The translations under genes and the position numbers were made by a program. DNA of 64,000 nucleotides from Chrysomallon squamiferum (lineage: Eukaryota; Animalia; Mollusca), in NCBI GenBank assembly GCA_012295275.1, contig CM022670.1, positions 28,582,001-28,646,000 of the forward strand, read 5' to 3'. A model generated the notes under the pieces. That model was given only the letters and a program-made list of their open reading frames with translations. It ran no database searches and had not been told where the DNA came from. Positions 1-34,940 of this stretch are shown here, in pieces; the first letter of the stretch is position 1; every line of letters begins with the position of its first letter.

Positions 1-1211
1 TTAAATAAAAACTATAATAACTGTACCAACCTCTACATAGAATACAAATTATAACAGTAGTTGTTAGAGGCTGTTAGCATGTATCACAGAGAGGAAATCG
101 CTTTCTAAATATTAAGCGATTTTCTGTTCCAACCAGTAGCACATTAACGTATGTCAAAGGCTATTCTATAGTTTACTCCACCGGTCGCAGGTTTCATTAG
201 AAATATCAAATTGTGACATCCAGTAAACGATTACGTAATAATTAATCAACGCACGGGTGGTATTATATCGCGTTATGTAGATTTTAGAAACAATCACAAC
301 CTTTCCTGCGGAATATCAAGGCTTTCTTGTTTGAAAACCTGAGCTGTGTACAATAATATAGATCCCTCATTTTTATTTACGCACAATTAAGCTGCATAGA
401 ATTATCATTTATTTTCACGACAGTTCATCATTACAATCTAAAATATTATTTCCCACTGGTATTTTTACTAATTTCATTTCGACATTTTTACATTTTTCTT
501 TGTTTAATATGCTGAACCAGAAATGAAGGCAAAAGAATAGCAATTGAAAACTATCTAAATTGCAATCTGACTAATCTTGTGTAAAAAGAAAAAGAAAAAG
601 AAAAAAAACAACAACAACAAAAGAACCCCTATCATTATCATTACGCCAAATGTTAAGATTATTTCAAATATTTATCAGTAAAGTTACTCTTATTATCACT
701 GATGATGTTTGCAGGTTTCCATTTTATGAACAAATGCTTTGATTCTAGTTTTTGTCATTGTCTGCGATGATGCCATTGGAGTAATGCGTTTCCCTCAAAC
801 AATGGGTCACATTAATAATGTCTGATTTCAAAGGTAAATAAAAGTCTCGTCAAGATCAATATGTCATCAGATATCCAATAAACAGTTATTATCTATTACC
901 TGTTTCACAAAGAGTATTTATATGTAAATAGCTGCTTCTGTACTGGAACGATTCTGAAACACTGTTTAGCTCGTGCGGATATTGGCATGCATATTAATTT
1001 TAAACGGAATTCAGTCGTAAGGTAAAGAAAGAGACATAATAAACATAAATGGATAGATAGAGAGATAAGGTGATCAACAGATAGATGATGGAGAGATAAA
1101 GACAGAAAAAAGAGAAAGAGATGAATAAAGAAAGATGGAGAAATGTAAAATGAAGAGAACAAATGCACAAGCCTTTTGCTAGTAGAGATGATGATGATGA
1201 TGATGATGATG

Positions 1212-1244
<33 letters not shown>

Positions 1245-4200
1245 GTAATAAACCTATTTACCAAATGCATACAAGCATTTTTTTAGTTCACTTTTCTTTT
1301 TTGTTAAATATTTTTATTTTTTTATTTTTAATTTCATTTTATTATTATTATTTATTTTTTCAGAATTCATCCATAACTTCCTCTTTACAGTAATATTCCG
1401 AAAGCCTCTAAGCTTTACAGAATGTATTTAAGCTATGTGACTACCTTTTTGTTCGGCACTTCCAAGTCCACTGAATATTGTTTTTATGGAATTCGATTAT
1501 AAAAGAAAAAGTAGAGAACAAGGACATTTGACGAAAGTATGTGATACTTCACTTAGATGGACCTATTGGTTTACAGCTGTATCCGGATCAAATATTGACT
1601 CAGGAACCAGGTAATATTGGTGGTACTCGGTCACAAAACTAAATGCATTACCTGGCTTACTCGATCCATTCCGCAAACAGAAAAGAACACTAAAAAATCG
1701 AAAGTTACTTTGTCGAGCAGGGCAGTCTCTGTGAGGGACACCACAGATTAATAGAAGACCTTCAGTAACTCACCAAAACGTATTTAGAAACGTTTATGTA
1801 TTAGCTGGCCATTGTTTTGGTCAGACAACTGAGCCTCCTGGATTACGAGCCAAAGAAGGACATTTTTGAACTCCAATACTTTTACGTAACGAACTGTTAA
1901 CTGACTGATCTGAAAACTCTTCTACGGATTCAGTTTCCATCCTTGATCGGGCCCTGATTCTAACATTAACTTTTACAGAAATACGAGAAAACAAAAAGTG
2001 CTTTTCGCCATTTGAATCCTCATGGACACTAAGCAGTCGATGGTATCATTGTTCAGAACAGAAACATACCTTTAGTAGAGATTTCAGAAAAGCTTTTATC
2101 CTCACATAAAGAGTTTATGTAAACGGTTTTCGGTTTCGTTGCTTTAATGTAAATATGATGAGTATCGTTTAACATATGTCCTTGATAAGTGAGAATCTAA
2201 GACAATAAAAACAGCACCGTTCAGTTACTAAGTAGGGGAGGATAAAAATAAAAATAAAAATTATGCTAGGGATGGTAAAATAATCCAACCACGGGTATAT
2301 AACTAGTATAGAATTGCTCCATTGATATGACAAATATATGATTATGTAAGTTCTATGTCATATTATTTCAGAAAATATATAATATATTTTTTTCATTTTT
2401 GTACGTCCCTTGGTTGAATAATATGTCAACCTTTAATAAACATTTTAACATTGTCCTCTCAGAGACAAAGCTACGAATAAAGCCAGAGACAGAAAGATTT
2501 ATAAACTAAAAACACCAACTAAATCAGATACTAAAATTAACAGAGTAAAGAACTTGGTAAATCTGTCACACATAGAAATGACAAAAAGCTTTCATTTTAA
2601 CGTCTGACTCGTGCAAATGTTGCCTTTTCGATTTTATGTTAAAATATGTTGATTAATGATGGAAGTCAAATCTTAATGTTACTGATACCCAGTGTCACAT
2701 ATGTTAAACTAACTTGTCAAAAATAGCTGATACAGGACACTGACACCTTCCTTAACTCTGCATCTCTCGACGTGCCGAAATATTTGATAGCCTGCTATAC
2801 ACTGCGTTTGTTTTCAGTTTGCTGGCTAGCTGGAAAAACGAATTTCTCAATGATTAATTGTGTTTTCCGACAGATGTTTTAGTGTTTGCATTCACTCTTC
2901 ACACAAACTAACATCACCAGAATTTTGCCATACATTCAATACCACTGTGACATCTGTATGACACTGTTTCTCACTGGTTAACTGGAGACTACGGAAAGTC
3001 TGTATTAAATAACCTTTATCAGCAAGCTGATACGAAATTTAGTTGTTTTCGAAAAACACTTAATGTGCACAAAGCGATAACACTCATTTCCTACCAAGTG
3101 AAGTTCGGTATTGATATTTTACAATGCTTTATTCATGCTGTGTATTGTGGATTGTGTTACTAATAAGTAAGAAATGTGTATGTTCTATAATTATAACAGA
3201 GAAGAATTGAACAAGTGTAAATTGGTTTATCCATACTGTATGTATAGTGTTTTATGACCACCTTCTTCTTTTTGAATATTTTTATCAAATCTATTTTTAT
3301 TTTAGTTCTCAGTCACTGCTTTATACGAGTGTAATCAATTTTCTGTTTTTAAGTATTTGTTCTGATATGTTTTATGTATATCAACAGCCTGATTAGGCTA
3401 GATGACAATATTATTTTATAAAAATAATATATTGTCATGTGACACTTTAAACAACATGTAAACATTACATGAAGAATATAGAAATATAGTCAGATTTCTA
3501 TGAAGTTAAGTTTGATTTAAATCAAATAAACTAACTGTTATGTAAAAGGTTTTCACGTTGATATGGAAAAGTTAATCTGGTTAAGAAAATATAATGAGCA
3601 GACATTTTTTTATCATTAATTGCTAATAAACAAAAAGACACGTACATACGTAAGTACATACATGCATATATAATACATACATAATTATAGATATGCATGC
3701 TTACATATATCCAATCAAACATACATGCAAACATGCATACAAAGGCAATATATATGAATAAATACAAAATGTTTTAAGTATATATGCAAAAATAGTTTAA
3801 AACGAATGAATAAAATACTTTCCTGTTCATAAGTACATAAGCACAATAACAAGATCAAAGATTGTAAAGAATTTATTGAGTCATGTTTATTTTGGTATAT
3901 TTACAAAGAAAAGTTGTATGACAATATTATAAGTCAACCATCGGAATATGTATCAATACAATAAAAACAACATCATCAAAGTATCTTTTTTCAAATATTT
4001 TAGAGTTTCTTGTTTTTGAAACGATACAAAGTTACATATGATTCAACCGACTTTGATTACATATTTAAGTACAAAGTCCGATGCAGTGTATTCATGATTA
4101 TACAGACAGCCTACATGATGTATGCAGAATGATTTACTGGAAAAGTTTAATACATTAATTCAGTTCAAAGGCACAAATTTATATATGACATCATTTTAAT

Positions 4201-4329
4201 GATAAAAAAAACTATTAATGTCTGCACGCCTGCGTGAGTTTCTGTGAGTGTTGCATGTGTGTGATATGTGTGCCTATGTATGTGTGTATGTATGTATGTA
4301 TGTATGTACAAATGTGTGTGCGCGCGTGC

Positions 4330-4379
<50 letters not shown>

Positions 4380-6157
4380 GTGTGTGTATATATGATCCTG
4401 AACACTACACTACAGATATAGTCATATAAGTTCATTATTTTACAAATCAGGATATTGCTTTTGGTATCTGGAATATGCGAAGAAATATCACTGAAAATAT
4501 ATGTAAGTCATATAAGATAATTTCAGAAAAAACACAAAAAACCCACAAGAAACCCCCAAAAAAACAACAACAACAAAATACCAAAGACAATTTCACCAAC
4601 AACAAAAATAACAAATACAAAACTACCATAATTACAGTGGAATGCAAATGAATAATATTCAAGCATTTTTAAGAGAAGGAAATTAATTTCGTACGCTAAA
4701 GTAAACCGTAAAGACTACTGACTTTTTAATTATATTTTATATTATTTTTTTTGTAAATTATTCTCACAATCTTATAAACATTTTTATTTTTGTTGATAAA
4801 AAAAACTCAGTGTTAAAACTTTCCCTTCATCTTAACAGTTATTAACAAGCCGCCTGTTCTATTCGTGGATACACTTACGATTTTTGCTTGAACCGACGTC
4901 TGTGCTGATGACATGTACGAACGCTGATGATAGCCAAAGCAGGCTACTTCTTTTGATGTTAACATTCGTATTACTGATTATGATACCCACGCTGATTGAT
5001 AATAAACATATCGTACACAGACAAAAAAAAAAAAAAAAAAAAAAAGAAGAAGAAAAAATGTCCTCTTGATAAAATTATACACATATGTTTGCAAGATTGC
5101 AAGGGATAGCCTTTCTTATAATCTTTTTTTTTTGTTTTTTTAATAAACCTATTTCTCTTTTTTACTGATTATTAAACTTATATTATCTTGATAATTATAA
5201 CACTCAGTGTGATACCCCTTCTATCTTCTCTTGACATATTTCACAAATTAACAGTTTTTTATTACTTTTTTAAATCTTATTATATCATGATGATTTGTAC
5301 CCATCTTTATAATGCCCCATCCCTTTTCTAGATCCACTGCTGACGTGTTGACCTCGCTGCGTCATTAAATAGTCATTATATTACAGCTTGTTCTCGATTT
5401 TATCACAGGAAAATTCATATCACGACTCTTGGAAATTGAAATTGAAGCAAAACTTACAATAAGCGTTGTTTACTTTTTAAAAATAAACTGATAACTTTAT
5501 AGTCGTGGAAATTCATTGCTGGACAAGATATGCCAGAATTCTTCTTCTTCTTTTTTGTAATAGCATTGTAGTAGTTGTAGTAATAATTATAGTAGTAGTA
5601 GTAGTAATAGTAATAAATAATAAATAATAACAACAACAACAACAAAAATAAATATTTAAATAAGAAATAAAGTAAATAAGTACGTAAATAAAAATAAATA
5701 AATAAACATAAAATAAGATAAAAATCCTATTTACGATCATGTCACAATACAATATTTTACAGCAGTGTACACGATTAAGATTCACAATTAACTTGAATGC
5801 TGTTTTAGTAATTGTCCTTACCTCTGAAGAGGAATACGTAAGATTTGGAGGGTCACATATATTTATAATCTGTAGAAAAAAAATATCCTTAACATTATAT
5901 ACATTCTTCCTTTTTATTGTTTCCGCATCATCTTTTCACTTTTCTATATTTACTTCTGCAATTCCCAGCCATTTTGTGTCATTGTTCACGCCACACTTTT
6001 TCTCTTCCTATGTCAACAATCATGCTGTAGTACACACAGTCGTCCACCGGCATCAAGCTCAAATGAAACACCCACGTAACTAAGGAAGCTTTCGGCATCA
6101 CTTTTGGTGGGTGTGAGGCTATGCGTTGGAAACCTCTCGAGGTAGTAGTGTGATCGA

Positions 6158-25884
<19,727 letters not shown>

Positions 25885-26582
25885 ATTTTCACGGGTTCGA
25901 TGAACTGTTTGAAACTCTTGATAAACTCATTCTCTGAACCCAGTAACACACGTTACTCCTATATTCCATTCTGGAGTTTCACACCCCCACGTGTTACGCA
26001 AAAACCTCTGTGTATATCAACGCATCATGAAGTATCGTTACAGCTGTAACTGTTTTGTCCATAGTTAATCACGACAGCGGGCTAGGATTAAAACATCAGA
26101 ACGTGAACACACTTCTCGCTGCCGGCGCTGGCCTATCCCGCTCTCTTATGCCAGCATCGCTACCCCATTGAATCATTTCGCCACTGGTTCCTCGCATTGA
26201 TTTCCATCGTGGTGGGAAATAACGGATTTGTTATCGAGTCATTCTCGAAGTGTGTACATAGCGTAAACTGGACATGATAACTGTTTTTAAAACTGTACGT
26301 TAACTGTGTGTGTGTCGTATTCACGAAACAAATACAATTCGTAATGGAATTCTAGACTGAATAATTATATGGGATTTATCATTAGTCTAGAAAATGTGAT
26401 GAACACTTTTTTGTTATTTTTTTTTATTCGTCTCTAAATATGGAAAGGATGATGTTAAAAGGTGTGTAAGGTTTTGTGAGATAACATACGTGATGATGAA
26501 AATGACGTAGCGATGAGTAAGATAGATACGCACACACATACACAGAAACACACATTATATATATATATCACTTCATATAAAC

Positions 26583-26585
<3 letters not shown>

Positions 26586-26679
<94 letters not shown>
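26586..26679. repeat. (GA)n microsatellite
   Basis: Direct reading; upstream of the iGluR start. Confidence 0.97.
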
Positions 26680-26681
<2 letters not shown>

Positions 26682-27611
26682 ATATTCAATCTTTTTTCTT
26701 TTTCTTTTATAAGTAAACTTAATTTACTTTTATTCTAGTAAATTTAAGCAAACAATGAAAAGAAACAATCCGCTGAAAATAATTATAACATTCATATATG
26801 TATATACCATATTAAATTAAACATATTAATCTAAATTGAATAGTAATTACCAGAGCACTGCCTGCAAAATAGATAATGAATAAATGAATAAATAAATAAA
26901 TAAATAAATGTAAAGCAATAGTATAGTATGAGACTTAATTTAAATTTTATGATTTATTCTTCTCCATAAGATCAAGGTACACATTTTACATTTGGTAATC
27001 AAAGAAACGATTATTTCTAAAAGAACTGATTTCTTTCTTATAAGTATATTTTCCGAAGGTGTGTCCAGGCGCATATTCCTTTCCGTCACAAACACGTCTA
27101 CAGGAGTCCTATGCCGTGATAATGAGACTGAGTTTTTGTATTTTAGATTATTACAGCATGGTTGCTAGAACATGAGTCAAATCTTTACGTTATACTGGAA
27201 ATAGTGAATGAATATTTATTAAAATCCCAGCACGAAAAGTGCACAGCCACTGGGTGTCAGACGGAGCTAGCTGTAGACGTAGTCGCCACCGTTTTGGTTT
27301 TCTTTTTAGATGAATATTTTTCCTGATCTTCGTTCCTCGAGTTTTTTTTATTACAACAAAATATTTTGGAACATTTTACCTGCAACACTAAACATTTACC
27401 GCAAACCGCATTGTGTTGCGTCATATATATATATATATACACACACACATACATATATATATATTTGAGTTTTAGACCCAGGTATGTTTTATTATACCTG
27501 GCCTATATTTGCAAACAGTGTTAAACTTTGTATAGATTAAAGTCTTTTTTTCGGATGGTTGTGATGATAAATTGAAATAATGCTATATTTAAATAAATAT
27601 ATTAATTAGTA

Positions 27612-27615
<4 letters not shown>

Positions 27616-27678
<63 letters not shown>

Positions 27679-27710
27679 CATACATACATACATACATACA
27701 TACATACATA
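27616..27710. repeat. Compound (TA)n(TACA)n microsatellite
   Basis: Direct reading. Confidence 0.95.
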
Positions 27711-29383
27711 AAGGTAAGAAAAAAATAAAAAATAAAATAAAGACAACTATAACGTAACAAAATGCGTATTAATAATAATAAAAATAATAATAACCGAAAT
27801 AAATAGAATAAAAAATAATTAATAATTTAAAAATAAAATACTTTTTTTTATAATGAATGATTAAGGTACCTCCAGTAAACTGTTTTGCTTGTTAACTATT
27901 TAGGTCAGTCTTTCTTGAAAGCAGATAAAACTTTAAAAATCATCACACGTTTGATAACTGCTTATTTTTTATGTCTTGATTACACTATAGTACATTACAA
28001 TTTGCACAAAAGCATGAGTCTTGGGTATTCTCCCTTTTATTTATTTATTGGCAGAATATTTCCTTTACTAACAAAAATTATCCAGAAGTCAGCATTAGAA
28101 AAACTCGTTAAAAACAAACTGAAGTCTGGACGAATTTGGGTACTTCTATGTTAAATAGATAAATAAATAAATAAATCAATCAATAAATAATATATCTGAG
28201 GTAGACTTTAAGACAAATACTGTAATACACAAAAGCACAGACTTAAAAAAAACAAATATAACAGTTGAAATATTTTATTGAAATAGAACTTTATTTTAAA
28301 TAAATATAAAGAACATCATATATAAAAATTTTAAATAACAATCAAATTAGCTCATAATAAATGTATTAAATTTAAATTGTATATAATGGAATGTATGGAC
28401 GGAATATTCAGTTTAATAAATATACACCCAATAATATAAAATATATAAAGCATTAACAAATGAGTATTTTTAAAGAAAAAAGTCTCATCACAGCTCTGTA
28501 TGTATGTATGTATGTATGTATGTATGTATGTATGTATGTATGTATAACCATCATTTTGTGATTGTATTTTATAATAGTATTTTGTGAAAATTAATCAGAC
28601 CATTTTCTCTGGTGTATAAAGATAATAATATAATTAAATATCTAACATATCACACTAAACCCAACCCAAACATATAAATAAAAAAATAAAAAATACAACA
28701 AAAAAACCCACCAACAACAAAAAAACAACAATAACAACAACAAAATAAGAGAAAAAAAAAAGTGAATAATTTATATGTATATACTTTAACAATTATTTAA
28801 TGTATAAAGACTTCATAAATAATTTTTTTTTATCACAGATAAAGTAAATTGAATTATGACATGATTTATAAATAGACAGATCAGAGATATAAGTGAATCA
28901 CTGTAAAATGTCGCACACAAATATGCATAATCAGACTCAGTCTTTTAAGGATTTGTGACAACTTAAATGACACTACCAGTGATAAAGGAAAAAAATGTAT
29001 AAATGCACCTTGCCTATCTTTATCTACATTTTACTCTTTTTTCATAGAAATAATAATAGGCAAATATTTTACTATCTGGCATTCATAAAACTGTTAACTC
29101 ATAACAATAAGAAAATAAGAAAAATAAAAAGGAAAAAAAGAAAGATCATATATGTGATATATGTGTGTATGTATATATATATATATATATAAATAAAAAT
29201 AAATAAATACATATATAACTAAACAATAAACATATAATATACATTTGTGTTTAGACACACAGACAATAAATTTACATAGGTACAAAGCCAAGAATCTAGT
29301 GATTTGGAATGTCTGCAGACTAACATCAAAAGAGGCATTTTACCTTTGAATTACATTTCAAACAATTTTTTTTATTTTTTTCG

Positions 29384-29637
29384 TCATTTTGGTATGATGG
29401 CTATGATTCCTTCATGACCGTCTCGCATGAAGACTCGCAAACCACCCTGACCAAGATGAGCATCTACTGCAGCAGCATCATCACTGGCTGATAAGCAGAC
29501 GGGTAGGAAGCATCGTGGTCCTGGACCAAGGAATGGCAGAACAGCAAGAATCTGTCCACTGTACGAGAGTTGAAAGATGTGTTCTCTGTAGTATTCTGTT
29601 ATATTCTTCTGCATTGTACATGATACCAAGAAACTAG
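29384..29637 (-). CDS. Gene 2 terminal coding exon
   Basis: TSFLVSCTMQ...YREHIFQLSYSGQILAVLPFLGPGPRCF...VFMRDGHEGIIAIIPK*. Confidence 0.9.
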
Positions 29638-29660
29638 CTGAAGATAGACAATTATTATTA

Positions 29661-29695
<35 letters not shown>

Positions 29696-30085
29696 GTTGT
29701 TATTGTTTTGTATTGTTTTTTGAGTTTACACTATGGTAATGTGTATATACACGTTTGAAATGAATTGATATATGTATATGTGTGTGTTTTATAAAAGTAC
29801 TACAGAAAATTTGATAAGAGAAACATTACATATTTACTTACTTTCACCCAAGAAACAGACTTCTCTTGGTACACCATCAACTTCCTGACACATCAACAGT
29901 TGCACAGTCTGACCAATGTCCATAATAATGAGGTGTTTGTTTGATGAGAGGGCAACACGAGTTTGATGGTTAGGTTCTTTGCTTATCACTTTATATCCTA
30001 TCACTTCTATCTCAGTCACATCAATACTATCACCTTTATCACTCAGTTCCAGAGAACATCTGATAGTAGAAATTAAGTAATAATG

Positions 30086-30147
<62 letters not shown>

Positions 30148-30789
30148 CATCAACATCATCATCATCATCATACTATTAATATTTATGATGATGATAGTAA
30201 GATGATGAAGAAGAAAAAGAAAAAGAAAGAAGAGTGTTCTGTTTTAGTAATATTGGAAATATATTTATACTTATGCATGTGCAAATTTGTGTGAATTTGA
30301 TTTGTACATAAATAATAAATATTACATGGTATATTTAAATTCTTCTTAATATTAAGGTTTTACTAATATCAGAATACTGTATGAAAATGATTATAAAGAT
30401 TATACAGTTATCTCCCCTTAATAAATCTTTAATTTCTTCTTCAATGCATTAGATAATTATACATATAAGCATTTGAGCCCTTAAGCCCTTCAAACTCACA
30501 CTAACTTGCTGAGATTGTTAGTGTGCATACAGATACAATCCAGAAACACTAATATGATGTCATTTACCCAGTACACCTCACTCCAATGTGACATCTCTCC
30601 AGTGAATGAGGATGGAGAATGAACAATCCATGTCCTGTAACTACCATCAACTTATCAGCCAATATGGACAGTTGGACAATTTCTGGCATCTTCTCACTGT
30701 ACACACATTCAGTGAGATCATTACATATCACACTATATAAAAAAAAATAATAATAAAAGATATATATAAGTATGTATGTATGTAGTCCA

Positions 30790-30832
<43 letters not shown>

Positions 30833-31631
30833 TCTGAATTATTAATGTAAATAATAAAAAAGTATGACTGAAATGACTAAAGATCTAAATATACCTGAAA
30901 ATATGTAATAACAATTAAGAACTGCTAACATATTGAGAATATGTAGTAATAGTTGTTATCACTGTGTTTTTTATTTCCACTTTACCCATAATCATATAAT
31001 ACAGAATCTCCAGTGTTTCATATAATATTCAAGACAAAGTGCTCAGTTTTATCTACTTCTGCTCAAATATCTATCACTGGGTAGTGATACTCAAATCAGC
31101 AATGAAGAAATAAAACTGAACATTATAGGTTAAATTATAATAATTTGATTTCATATATTTCACTTATTTAAACTTCACCTGAATTTGTCACATGAAACTC
31201 CGTATAGTTTTCTTCCCAACACAATAGGAGTTTTTGTGTTTGTCAGAGGAGTAAAAATCTCATCTGTTTTTGAGAAAGTTTTCAGCAGGTTGCCTTTCTG
31301 TCCATAGATGTGGTAAACACTAAAATAGTGTTAGTGAACATTAAAATTAAAATAATGATGATTATGACAATATCAATAACAACAATAACAATAATAATAG
31401 TAATAACAATAATACTAACATTAATACTACTAATAAATACTACTAATACTACTACTAAGTAATAAATAACAATTAATAATAATACATAAAACAGGTTAAA
31501 ACTTCACTTATATTTAAAATGTTTGTTTAAATTTCATTAATCATCAAAACAAAAAAAGAAGAAAAAAGAGTAAAATAGTAAATAACCCTATCAGTACAAG
31601 TGACATTTTGTTTTAATCATTACACCTATAA

Positions 31632-31662
<31 letters not shown>

Positions 31663-31689
31663 AAATTAAAAAAATAATAATAAATTTAA

Positions 31690-31735
<46 letters not shown>

Positions 31736-33652
31736 TTATATATATATATTTTACAAACATTTTTAAAATAACCTAAGAAAGAAAATGAAAAACAGAATTT
31801 TACTTACTTATTTCCATTAACTTGAACAAACTGCCACATTATCTCTGGAGTCTGAAAATGCTCTGTAAATCTAAATATGGATGTTGAATTCATGAAATTA
31901 TCTTTAAGAAACACTACATTGTGATCTGTGATGATCTTGGGATTCAGAAAATTCTCTCTGCTTGAACAGTCAATGAACTGAAACAAAACACAAGTCAAAT
32001 CTCAGTTTAAAAACATATCCAAGGCAGATCTAATGAAGATAATAATAATAATAAAAAAAATTAATAATGTAAAAATTTATTTACATTTATTTTTAAGATA
32101 ATTATAAGAATGTTAAAATACCTTTAAAATTATTAGTAAGATAATTACAAAATGCACAATTATTTGTAAAAAACAAAAAATGTTAAAATATCTTTACAAA
32201 TATTTTTATTATAATTATAAAATACTTAAAATTACTGACAAGATAATTACAGATAAAAATATCTTTACAATTATTTGTAAAATAATTACAAAAGGTAAAA
32301 TATCTTTACATTTCAACTGATTATAAAAAAATCTTAGTACTTGTCACTACAGTTACAAAGGATAAAATATTTTTATACTTGTAAGATAATTACAAAAAGG
32401 TAAAATATCTTAGTAAAGAAGGGCTAGGAGGTATAGGGTAGAAGTGATTGAAGAATGATATTATTACCATGTGCTAGGAATAAACAAAGAAGACGCAGTT
32501 TCAGATCAAAGGCCATTAATAAAAGGCACCCATACATAATAAAAAGATTAAAGTATATATAAAAAAACATTGTTACACTGGCATTTTCAAAGAGGACAAT
32601 TATGAAGCATAATTAAAGACTCTACAGTTTAAAAATTAGACCAAACCATAAACCAAACTAAGCCACCATCCCCCAAGTATTGCCACCTTCACTACTAATT
32701 AACTAGGATCTTGTCATGTCAGTGGCCAGATTGCAATCTCTTGCTCTCTCAGAACTTTCCTCCTGAGGCAGCAGTTGCCATGCACAGCCATGTTACTTGA
32801 CCACACAGTTCCCAGTACTAATAAAGCTCCCAACAAGAAGCAGTAATGTTAACTAATTTTGTTAGCACTTACTTCTCTCAGATTACTTTATGAATTAATA
32901 AACATTAAATACTGGCCTTCATGGAATAGGAAATAATGATTATTATTTTTCTGATATACAACTTTATATTTGTAAACAATTTTAAAATATTTTTGATACA
33001 TGTAAGACAACTACAAAATACTTACAACAATAATGTCAGATTCTGAATTGTTTTTACATCTCAGGAAAAGTGTGTTGTCGTAGGCGTAGTAAGTCTGAAT
33101 GTCTGCAGTAAACGTTTTACGTTCTAACGTGAATTTTCTCTTTCCTATTCTTAACCTGTTCATAAAGCACCTCTTTTTTTTGTCTGATAGTGTTTTGTCT
33201 GATAAAGAAGCTTTCAGCTTTTCTAAATCCACCATTTCCTTTAAGACATTTTGAACATCCTGTTACAATTGAAAATTGGTTTTGTTTAGTGTGACTTTTG
33301 ATTTTGTTATCATTCAGAATTTTTTAAAATTTGTTTGTATTATCTTGTTGTGTTGTTGAACTTTTTGTATTTTATTTGTTGTTTTGTTTATATTTTACAG
33401 ATTATGGAAACCTTTGGACTGCATTTTATTGTAACTGTTATTATTGCATGTATTTTGCAATGTGTTTTTTTTTCTAAGATGAAACCAGATTTCAATGTTA
33501 TTGGGTTCAAGTATTACTAATTTCATTATTTGTATTTTCTAAATGCTGGAAATAGGTTTTAGAATTTAACTAAATACTAATGCTGTAAATATTTCACATG
33601 AAAACAATTTAATAAGTTATAAAAATATAATTAAGATAATAAAGAAAGACAT

Positions 33653-33695
<43 letters not shown>

Positions 33696-34909
33696 CAACA
33701 GCAACAACAACAACAACTGTTACACAGAATTTGAACATATCATTAAGTCATTTCAGCTGTGTTAAACTTCAGAACAGTAATATCTTGTGAATGAGAATTT
33801 AAAATTTGTTTATTTGAATCACAAAGGATTTTGTTTATCACATTTTTCAAATTTACATTTATATTGTTATTTTGATATCAGTGGATCATTCCATTTAAAC
33901 ACAATTTAATTCTCCTGATTTCATGCTGCATTAATAAATAAATATACAAAATGTTTGCAAATCTCTTTTGAAGCAAGACACAATCTATTCAAACACTTTG
34001 GGCCTCAGAGCCAAACAAGTCTACAAACTGTGTGAATCAACACAAAGCAAAATTAAATGTAACTTTGTTTAATAATAAATAAATAAAATAAATCAGAAAA
34101 TAAAACTCACAGAGCTCCAGAATCTCCAACCTTTTTCAAAACATGTCTGCAAAGCTTTGAGTCTTGCTGTTAGCATATGATCAGCATCAGTAAAACATAT
34201 TTTCAAATAGTTTGTCATGAAAGTCCTTTCTTTATCAGCCATATATTTCTGTATTTCCATCTGAAAATAATTCATATAAAGCCCCTTTAAATACATGAAA
34301 ACAAAAAAATATATATATAAGAATTCCAAATTTAGTGTTAAAAATATATTTGAAAAAGATTTGAAATATAATTCACAGAAAATAAAAATTAGTGTTGAAA
34401 ATTAAATGCTCTCTCTGGTTTTCATGGTTACCAGTGATGAACCAGGAAAAAGATTAATGTTTTTTTATTTGTTTTAATTAATTACAATAAACAAACAGAC
34501 ACAAGCACGCAGATACACACATACAGAAAGTTAAAAGTTAAAATAACAATAATAATATAAAAAATTCATTCTGAACAAGCTTTAAATATTAAAAAAAAAA
34601 AAAAAAAAAATAATAATAATAAAATAAATAAATAAAAAAGAAATAAAGAAAAAAAGAAACTAACTTGATAAGAGGCTTTTTTGATGTGAGAAAACAGATT
34701 GAGTTTTGCCTTCTGGTGTTCTGGTCCTGTCCAGTAGAGAGTCACAAACTGTGCAGTTGGTGTACATTCTATCAGTGCTGAGTGACCACAGAGAACATGT
34801 ACTTGCTTACCTGCTTTATCCTTGTACAGCTCCACCATAGTGGGAGTCACAAAATTATCTTAAAAACAAAATATTTATACCAGATTAAAAAAAAAGGTTT
34901 TACACTGTT

Positions 34910-34940
<31 letters not shown>

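Noticed and set aside
1360-2110. Higher-complexity block after a plus-strand acceptor-like site
   Set aside because: The plus-strand frames I translated contain stops and no recognisable motif; it could be UTR or an old repeat.
29040-29090. SECIS-like AUGA...AAAA...UGA pattern in the gene 2 3' UTR (minus strand)
   Set aside because: I could not pair helix II convincingly, and such motifs arise by chance in AT-rich sequence. It needs SECISearch.
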